Assembly (NCBI GenBank): GCA_965223795.1
Contig: CBDCXL010000002.1
Location: 2,880,001-2,944,000 of the forward strand
Length of the DNA: 64,000 nucleotides
Reading direction: 5' to 3'
Source: Nitrospinales bacterium
GTDB lineage: Bacteria > Nitrospinota > Nitrospinia > Nitrospinales > VA-1
A program made the translations under genes and the position numbers. This document shows positions 57,189 to 64,000 of the stretch, in pieces. The first letter of the stretch is position 1, and each line of letters starts with the position of its first letter. A model generated the notes under the pieces. That model was not told where the DNA came from, did not search any database, and was given only the letters and a program-made list of their open reading frames with translations.

Positions 57189-58823
57189 ATGGAATTAAAC
57201 AGAATCGAAGGAAATTTTTCTCCCACCGAGGACAAAAAGTGTTCGGTTTCTGGCAAGGGAATGGTCTCCACGGCGTTTCCCGAAGCCACCGAGGCGGGTG
57301 TGGAAATGCTGAATAAAGAAGGCAATGCGATCGACGCCGCGGTCGCGGCGGCGCTGGCGCTTTGCGTGTGCGAGCCGCAGGCCAGCGGTCTTGGCGGCCA
57401 GTCGATGGCGCTGCTGCACTACCAGGGCAAGACCACCGCCATCGACGGTTCCAGCCGGGTGCCTTCCCTGGCGCATCTCGACAGCATCGCGGGCAAGATG
57501 GAGCGTTTCAACGGGCACCGCGCTTCCACGATTCCCAGCACGCCCGCCGTGATGGGCTACCTGCATTTCCGCTACGGGAACCTGGACTGGGGGGACGTTT
57601 TACAGCCTGCCATCCGCATTGCGCGGGAGGGGTACCGCATCACCGACCTGCAGTCGCGTTTGCAGGAGCGGGAGACCGAATCGTTTCGCAGCCAGAATGC
57701 GCAAAGCGGCGCAAACTATTTTTTGAAGGACGGGAAAACTGCCTACGCACCGGGAGACAGGTTCGTTCAGCCGGATCTCGCCGATCTGCTCGAACACCTG
57801 GCGGCGCACAGCGCGAAATCGTTTTACACCGGAAAGATCGCAAAGCAGATCGATGCGGACATGCAGGAAAACGGAGGGTTCATCCGCAAAGAGGATCTGG
57901 CGCTCATCCCCTGGCCTTTGGAGCGCAAGCCGATCAAACGCAAATACCGCAGGGTGGACGTGTTCACCAGTCCGCCGCCCGCCGCCGGGAGGACGCTGCT
58001 TCTGGTCCTGCAGATGCTGAAGAACCTGCCCTCCAAATTTCTGCGCGGCCAGTCGCCGGAGTCGTATCATTTCATGGCGGAGATTTTCAGGAAGGCGCTG
58101 CTCAACAATAAGGAACGGCCTTTCGAGCCCAACATCTATCCGCAGCTTCCGGACGACAAGCGCATTTTAAGCCGCGAATACGCCCGCTCGCTGTCCGCCA
58201 CGATCCGCGACGTCATCGATCCGATGCTGCCGCTGACGGACCCGTATCCCGCCGTCAACGACACGACGCATCTTTCCGTGATGGACGATCAGGGCAACGC
58301 CATCGGCATCACGCAGTCGATCGAACGGGTGTTCGGCGCCAAGGTGGCGGCGCCGGGACTGGGATTTTTATACAACAACTACATGAGCGCGCTGGAAACC
58401 AAGGACCCTTCGCATCCCTACTATCTGCGGCCCAACGCGGTGCCCTGGAGTTCGGTGGCTCCCATCATCGCGATGCATGAAAAACAGCCGTGGCTGGTGG
58501 CGGGCAGCCCTGGGAGCGAGCGCATCTTTTCGACGGTGAGCCAGTTTTTGTCGCATATCGTGGACGGCAACCGGCCCATCAGCGAAGCCATGATGCTGCC
58601 CCGTTTTCACTGCTCGATCGGCGGCAACCTCAGCATGGAGGTGGAGCGTTTCGATCCGGCCATCGTCGATTACCTGCGCGAGGTCGGCTACAAGATCGTG
58701 CCCAAGGAGTCCTTCTCGTTTTACCTGGGAGCGGTGCACGCGGTGCTCAAAACCCATGATTCCGGAGTCTATCAGGGTGTGGCCGAGATCCGCCGGGACG
58801 GGTCCGCCGCCGGACCGCAATGA
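57189..58823 (+). CDS. ggt: Second gamma-glutamyltransferase family protein (no signal peptide)
   Basis: GNAIDAAVAA, EPQASGLGG, DTTHLS, YNNYM, GSPGSERI, RRDG. Confidence 0.88.
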   Translation: MELNRIEGNFSPTEDKKCSVSGKGMVSTAFPEATEAGVEMLNKEGNAIDAAVAAALALCVCEPQASGLGGQSMALLHYQGKTTAIDGSSRVPSLAHLDSIAGKMERFNGHRASTIPSTPAVMGYLHFRYGNLDWGDVLQPAIRIAREGYRITDLQSRLQERETESFRSQNAQSGANYFLKDGKTAYAPGDRFVQPDLADLLEHLAAHSAKSFYTGKIAKQIDADMQENGGFIRKEDLALIPWPLERKPIKRKYRRVDVFTSPPPAAGRTLLLVLQMLKNLPSKFLRGQSPESYHFMAEIFRKALLNNKERPFEPNIYPQLPDDKRILSREYARSLSATIRDVIDPMLPLTDPYPAVNDTTHLSVMDDQGNAIGITQSIERVFGAKVAAPGLGFLYNNYMSALETKDPSHPYYLRPNAVPWSSVAPIIAMHEKQPWLVAGSPGSERIFSTVSQFLSHIVDGNRPISEAMMLPRFHCSIGGNLSMEVERFDPAIVDYLREVGYKIVPKESFSFYLGAVHAVLKTHDSGVYQGVAEIRRDGSAAGPQ

Positions 58824-59590
58824 AAAAACTGCCCTTCCTGCTTTCCATTCCGCATGGCGGCGAAGCCGTCCCCGAGGAGATCGCCGGCCGCTTTCAGCTG
58901 GATCTCAAGGGCATCCGGCAGGACGGCGACAGCTTCACCCGCAACATTTACGGGCTGCACGATCGGGTCGAAACGCTTCTGGAAACGCCCATCGCCCGCG
59001 CCGCGGTGGATCTGAACCGCGACGTTTCCGACCGGCCGCCGCGGAACCCGGACGGTGTGATCAAGTCGCGCACCTGCGTGGGGAAAACCATCTATCGTTC
59101 CGATGCGCCTCTGGATGAAGCCACCATCGCGCTGCTGCTGGAAAAATACCACGAGCCCTATCATCAGAAAATCCGGACGGTGCTGGACGATCCCGGATCG
59201 ATTCGCATCGCGTTGGACTGTCATTCGATGGAAGCGGTGGGGCCGGAAATTTCTCCCGATCCCGGCGAAGCGCGGCCGCTTTTTTGCCTCGGGTCGAATT
59301 TCGGCAAAAGCTGTCCCCACGATCTCGTCGACAAGCTGGCGGCAAGCCTGCGCCAGGCGTTCGAACTGAAACAGACGGACATCGTGACCGACCGGCCGTT
59401 TGCGGGCGGGTTCATCACGCGGACCTACGGCGGGCGCCCGATTCCCTGGATTCAGGTGGAGATGAACCGGATATTCTATCTTTCTCCACCCTGGTTCGAT
59501 GAAGCGGAGTTCCAGGTGTCCGAGGACCGGCTTGCGCATCTGAACCGCTGCTTTTTGAGCGCGCTGGAATTGTTCGCGGCGAAATTGTGA
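58820..59590 (+). CDS. N-formylglutamate amidohydrolase family protein
   Basis: SIPHGG, DGD, VDLNR, YHEPYH, DCHSM, PFAGGFIT, IQVEMNR. Confidence 0.9.
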   Translation: MKKLPFLLSIPHGGEAVPEEIAGRFQLDLKGIRQDGDSFTRNIYGLHDRVETLLETPIARAAVDLNRDVSDRPPRNPDGVIKSRTCVGKTIYRSDAPLDEATIALLLEKYHEPYHQKIRTVLDDPGSIRIALDCHSMEAVGPEISPDPGEARPLFCLGSNFGKSCPHDLVDKLAASLRQAFELKQTDIVTDRPFAGGFITRTYGGRPIPWIQVEMNRIFYLSPPWFDEAEFQVSEDRLAHLNRCFLSALELFAAKL

Positions 59591-60909
59591 ATGGTGCGAG
59601 CGGCGGGGCCGTCCTGACGTTTGAACACAATGGAATTCGATCGTTTCTCGCGTTTCTGGTTTTTGCGTGGCCGCTTTTCTTGAGTTTTTTCGCGGAGGCT
59701 TTCGAGCGGGAGCACCGTGAATCGCACGCCGGGTATCCTTCCGGTACGCTCACCGGCGACTGGGGCGGAGCGCGGTCCTCGCTGTTTGAAAAAGGCATCG
59801 TGCTGGAGCTCGAATACACCGCGGATGTGTTCGGCAACCTTTCCGGCGGCAACGACCGCATTGCAACGATCACCGGCCTGGCTCAGCTCGAAGCGCACAT
59901 CGACACGGAAACCCTGCTGCGATGGAAGGACAGCGAACTTTATGTTTCCCTCATCGCGCCGCACGGTGGCAAGCCTTCGCGCAACCTGGGGGCAGTTCAC
60001 TCGGTCAGCGACATCGAGGCGCCCAACACGGTGCGGCTGCTGGAAGCCTGGGGAGAAAAACGGTTTTTAGATGAACGGCTTTCGATTCTGGCCGGTTTGT
60101 ATGCCGTGGATGGAGAATTCGATGTGCAGGAAAGCGCGAGCGTGTTCATCGGCGATGGTTTCGGAACCGGCCTGGAACTGGCGGGCAGCGGCCTCAACGG
60201 TCCTCCGGCTTACCCGGTCGGCGCGCTGGGCGCACGGGTACAGGCGGAGACGCCGGGCGGCGTTTATCTGCAGGCCGCGGTCCTCGACGGTGTGCCGGGA
60301 GACCCTTCCGACCCCAATGGCATCCGCATCAAGCTCAGTGCGGCAGACGGTGTGTTTTTCATTGCGGAAACCGGACGATCCTGGATTGCATCGGCAACGC
60401 GGCGCAGCAAGATCGGTTTGGGAGGCTGGTTTTACTCGGCCGACTTCGATGATTTGAACCGGGTGGACGAAAACGGAAAACCGCTGCGGCAGACCGGGAC
60501 GTTTGGCGTCTACGGATTCGCCGATGCCATGCTGCTCCCGGAAACGGGGGATCCCCGGCAGGGGCTGGCGGGATTTCTGCGGCTCGGTTATGCGGACGAC
60601 AGGGTCAACCAGACCGAATTTTATTTCAATACGGGGGTGACCTACACCGGCCTGTTCTCCGGGCGCGATGAAGATGTTCTGGGTTTCGGTGTCAGTGTGT
60701 CGTCCAATGGAGAACGGTTCATCGCCTCGCAAAAAAACTTCGGCGCCGAGGTTGAGGGGAGAGAGATCTTTCTGGAGATGGTGTACCGCATCCAGGTTTT
60801 GTCCTGGCTGGTCGTCAAGCCGGACCTGCAGTACATCGTCAATCCCGGAACCGAATCGGGAAGGGGCGATGCGTTCCTGATGGGCACGCGGTTTATGGTC
60901 GCGTTCTGA
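59587..60909 (+). CDS. OprB-family carbohydrate porin
   Basis: TLTGDWGGAR, RLLEAW, GLYAVDGEF, KPDLQYIVNPG; C-terminal F. Confidence 0.88.
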   Translation: MNGASGGAVLTFEHNGIRSFLAFLVFAWPLFLSFFAEAFEREHRESHAGYPSGTLTGDWGGARSSLFEKGIVLELEYTADVFGNLSGGNDRIATITGLAQLEAHIDTETLLRWKDSELYVSLIAPHGGKPSRNLGAVHSVSDIEAPNTVRLLEAWGEKRFLDERLSILAGLYAVDGEFDVQESASVFIGDGFGTGLELAGSGLNGPPAYPVGALGARVQAETPGGVYLQAAVLDGVPGDPSDPNGIRIKLSAADGVFFIAETGRSWIASATRRSKIGLGGWFYSADFDDLNRVDENGKPLRQTGTFGVYGFADAMLLPETGDPRQGLAGFLRLGYADDRVNQTEFYFNTGVTYTGLFSGRDEDVLGFGVSVSSNGERFIASQKNFGAEVEGREIFLEMVYRIQVLSWLVVKPDLQYIVNPGTESGRGDAFLMGTRFMVAF

Positions 60910-61165
60910 ACGGATGCGTCAACCGTGAGGTCAAAGATTTATTTAAATTCAATGGGATAGGTTAGGGTGAACCGTCCAGGCCGGGTCCGCTTGCAAAAAC
61001 GCCCACGCTGTGCGAAACGGGACGCGCACCGGCTGTGCAAAAAGTTTCGGGACTCTGTGCGGCAATCTTGTATAGTGGGCTCTGGCCTGGCATGCGGGAT
61101 CTCGAAAACCAACGGGTTTGACGTTGTCCAGGGTGAGCGTGGAATAGAATTGAACATGGCTTTTC

Positions 61166-62596
61166 ATGAATTTTGATACTTACGATCCAGGGGACTTTTA
61201 CGACGAGTTTTTTGAAGCACCCGGGAAGCCCCACCCCTGGGTCCTGCCGCTGGTGGACCGGATCAATCAGTTGCCCGATCAGGGCATCCTGAACCGGCAG
61301 GCCACCGCGGAATCGACCCTCATGCAGCTCGGCAGCACGTTCAATGTCTATGCCGACTCCCAGGGCGTGGAAAAAATCTTCCCGTTCGATATCATTCCCC
61401 GCATCATCGAGGGCGTCACCTGGGACCGTCTGGTCCCCGGACTCAAGCAGAGGATCTACGCGCTCAACCTGTTCGTCGATGACATCTATCACGAGCAGAA
61501 GGTCATCAAAGATAAAGTCGTCCCCAGGGAAGTCATCGAAACCTGCAAAGGATTCCTGCCGGAATGCGTCGGCATCGATCCTCCCAAGGGAATCTGGTGC
61601 CACATCAGCGGCGTCGACCTGATCCGCGACGCTTCCGGCGAATTCATGGTGCTGGAGGACAATCTGCGCTGCCCTTCCGGCATTTCCTATGTGCTTGGGA
61701 ACCGCCAGATCATGAAACAGACGTTTCCCAAGGTGTTTGAAACCCTGGAGATCCAGCCCACCGAAGATTACACGAGCCGGCTTTTGGACCTTCTGTACTT
61801 TCTTTCCTCGGACACCGTGTCTCATCCCAGCTCGGTTGTGCTGACGCCCGGAATTTACAACTCGGCGTATTTTGAGCATTCCTTTCTGGCGCAGAGCATG
61901 GGGGAGGAGCTGACGGAAGGGCGGGACCTTGTCGTGAAGGAGGGTTTCGTGTACATGCAGACCACCAAGGGGCTGTCCAAGGTGGATACGATTTACCGGA
62001 GAGTGGACGATGAATTTCTCGATCCGCTGGTGTTTCGCGCCGATTCGCTGCTGGGCGTGCCGGGGCTGATGCGTGCGTATAAAGAAGGCAATGTGGCTCT
62101 GGTCAATGCTCCGGGCCTCGGCATCGCCGACGACAAGCTGGTCTATTCCTTCGTGCCGGACATCATCAAATACTACACGGGGGAGGACGCCCTCATACCC
62201 AACGTTCCGACTTACCGCTGCATTGTGGAGACGGAACGCCGTCATGTGCTGCAGAATCTGGATTCCCTGGTGGTCAAGGCGGTGGGGGAGTCGGGAGGAT
62301 ACGGGATGCTCATGGGGCCGGGCTCGACCGACAGGGAACAGGAAGTGTTTGCGGAAAAAATTCGGGAAAATCCCAGAGACTACATCGCGCAGCCGGTGAT
62401 CTCGCTTTCGCGCGCTCCGGTGATCGTCGGCGATCATTTTGAACCCCGGCATGTCGATTTTCGTCCCTTTATTCTGTACGGGAATGATATCCACGTTCTT
62501 CCGGGCGGACTGACCCGGGTGGCTTTAAAAAAAGGTTCGCTCATCGTCAATTCCTCTCAGGGCGGGGGCAGCAAAGACACATGGGTGCTTTACTGA
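61166..62596 (+). CDS. Circularly permuted type 2 ATP-grasp protein (DUF404/407)
   Basis: FPFDIIPRI, VLEDNLRCPSG.SY, LTPGIYNSAYFEH, IYRRVDD, GGLTRVAL, VNSSQGGGSKDTWV. Confidence 0.95.
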   Translation: MNFDTYDPGDFYDEFFEAPGKPHPWVLPLVDRINQLPDQGILNRQATAESTLMQLGSTFNVYADSQGVEKIFPFDIIPRIIEGVTWDRLVPGLKQRIYALNLFVDDIYHEQKVIKDKVVPREVIETCKGFLPECVGIDPPKGIWCHISGVDLIRDASGEFMVLEDNLRCPSGISYVLGNRQIMKQTFPKVFETLEIQPTEDYTSRLLDLLYFLSSDTVSHPSSVVLTPGIYNSAYFEHSFLAQSMGEELTEGRDLVVKEGFVYMQTTKGLSKVDTIYRRVDDEFLDPLVFRADSLLGVPGLMRAYKEGNVALVNAPGLGIADDKLVYSFVPDIIKYYTGEDALIPNVPTYRCIVETERRHVLQNLDSLVVKAVGESGGYGMLMGPGSTDREQEVFAEKIRENPRDYIAQPVISLSRAPVIVGDHFEPRHVDFRPFILYGNDIHVLPGGLTRVALKKGSLIVNSSQGGGSKDTWVLY

Positions 62597-62670
62597 AAGC
62601 GGCTGTCCCGCGATGGGCCTGTGATTTGCCCGAAGGGCGGGGAATGTTCGGGAAGGAGTGCGGCTGAAAC

Positions 62671-63636
62671 ATGCTCTGCCGGGTTGCTAATTCATTGTTC
62701 TGGATGAGCTGCTATCTGGAACGGACGGAAAATGTGGCGCGGTTCATCGATGTGAACCTGTCCATGCTGCTGGATCTGTCCTGGGAATCCCAGCTGGGGA
62801 ATCCCTGGCAGCCGCTGGTGAACATCACCGGGGACGATGAATTTTTCCGCGAGAAATACAAGGAAGCCACGGCGGAGAACGTCATCCAGTTTCACACGTT
62901 CGACCTGGAGTACCCCAACTCGATACTGTCCTGTCTGACCGCCGCACGCGAAAACGCCCGTTCCATCCGCGAGATCATATCTTCTGAAATGTGGGAGCAG
63001 ATCAACAAGCTGTATCTGATGGTCAAGTGGGCGGCCCGCAACGAAACCGGCATCGAAGACGCGCCCCACTTTTTCAAGCAGGTCAAAATGGACTGCCATC
63101 TGATCTCGGGCATCACCAATGTGACGCTGAACCAGGACGAAGCCTGGGATTTCATTCAGCTGGGCCGGTATCTGGAACGCGCGGACAAGACCTCGCGCAT
63201 TCTGGACGTGAAGTATTTTCTCTTGCTGCCGCGTGTGGATCTGGTCGGTTCCTCGCTGGATAAAATCCAGTGGGCGGCGCTGTTGAAATCCACCAGCGGG
63301 CTGGAAGCGTACCGTAAAAACTTCCGTCAGGTGCTGCCGAAAAACGTTGCCAAATTCTTGATCCTGGACCGTCACTTTCCCCGGTCCATCCTGCATTGTC
63401 TCGCTCAGGCCTACCGCTCCCTCTATTCGGTGGTCGCGGTCACTGGAGGGCCGCACAACAATCTTCCGGAACGCCGGCTGGGGAAACTGCGCGCAAAATT
63501 GAGTTACACCACGATCGATGAAATCATTGACATTGGCATGCACGAATATCTGGACGGGGTCCAGCACGATTTGAATCTGGTCATGGATGCGATTCACGAA
63601 GCGTATTTTGTACCGCAAATGTTAATTTCCAAATAA
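62671..63636 (+). CDS. Alpha-E domain protein (DUF403)
   Basis: MLCRVANSLFWM..YLERTEN.AR, ARENAR..R..IS.EMWE, GRYLERADKT.R, FPRS. Confidence 0.93.
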   Translation: MLCRVANSLFWMSCYLERTENVARFIDVNLSMLLDLSWESQLGNPWQPLVNITGDDEFFREKYKEATAENVIQFHTFDLEYPNSILSCLTAARENARSIREIISSEMWEQINKLYLMVKWAARNETGIEDAPHFFKQVKMDCHLISGITNVTLNQDEAWDFIQLGRYLERADKTSRILDVKYFLLLPRVDLVGSSLDKIQWAALLKSTSGLEAYRKNFRQVLPKNVAKFLILDRHFPRSILHCLAQAYRSLYSVVAVTGGPHNNLPERRLGKLRAKLSYTTIDEIIDIGMHEYLDGVQHDLNLVMDAIHEAYFVPQMLISK

Positions 63637-63651
63637 TCAGAGAGTGTTTCG

Positions 63652-64000
63652 ATGACATTTTGCATCGCTATCAAAGTGGAAGGGGGGCTGGTCGCCCTTT
63701 CGGACAGCCGTCTCACATCAGGATCGGAAGTGGCGACGGCGCGCAAGGTTTCCCTGCACCAGCAGGGCGACCATTCCCTGTTTCTCATGACGTCCGGATT
63801 GCGATCCGTTCGGGACAAGGCCATCACGTACTTTGATGAGCAAATGGATAATTCCCAGCCGCACCTGACCAAGGCTTACAAGGCGGTGAACCGTTTGTCG
63901 GAGCAGATACGCAAGGTCGCCGCGGAAGATAAGGAAGCGCTGTCAGAGAGCGGGCTGGCGTTCGATCTGCACTCGATCGTGGGCGGGCAGCTTGAGGAGG
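63652..64000 (+). CDS. Anbu / proteasome-type Ntn protease; runs off the window end
   Basis: Not in the ORF track. Manual translation MTFCIAIKVEGGLVALSDSRLTSG...ARKV...LMTSGL...IVGGQ; Thr becomes N-terminal after Met removal. Confidence 0.85.
   Translation, partial: MTFCIAIKVEGGLVALSDSRLTSGSEVATARKVSLHQQGDHSLFLMTSGLRSVRDKAITYFDEQMDNSQPHLTKAYKAVNRLSEQIRKVAAEDKEALSESGLAFDLHSIVGGQLEE

Overview
Bacterial chromosomal window, GC-rich in coding regions with AT-rich intergenic stretches. The gene repertoire suggests a marine diderm such as a Nitrospina-like organism (inference only). I found no rRNA, tRNA, CRISPR array, integrase or transposase. Two large blocks stand out. (1) About 1.7-19.8 kb is a membrane-lipid tailoring region: fatty-acid hydroxylase plus VAT-1-like reductase, a secreted START protein followed by a eukaryote-like DEGS1-type sphingolipid delta-4 desaturase, a PIG-A-like GT4, an LPG-synthase-type flippase, a polysaccharide deacetylase, two GT-C-like membrane proteins, an LtaS/sulfatase-family transferase and an lptF with no adjacent lptG. 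Together these suggest an undescribed bacterial (glyco)sphingolipid or GPI-like glycolipid pathway. (2) About 42.5-64 kb is a glutamyl-peptide locus: RimB-like protease, RimK, AstE/AspA hydrolase, two gamma-glutamyltransferases, a Ddl-like ATP-grasp fused to a degenerate M20 domain, N-formylglutamate amidohydrolase, OprB porin, circularly permuted ATP-grasp, alpha-E and Anbu. It is interleaved with MscS, MgtE and CPA2 transporters. Between the blocks lie mscS, a sigma54-type membrane protein + VWA lipoprotein pair, nhaA, pentapeptide-repeat proteins, a DUF932 gene, a cytochrome P460-family gene lacking the usual cross-link Lys, and a czcCBA-type RND pump. Non-coding signals include a duplicated TetR operator with a canonical sigma70 promoter, a nested REP-like palindrome and several hairpins. 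One MscS-like gene carries a +1 frameshift. All family assignments come from motif recognition by eye, not database searches.
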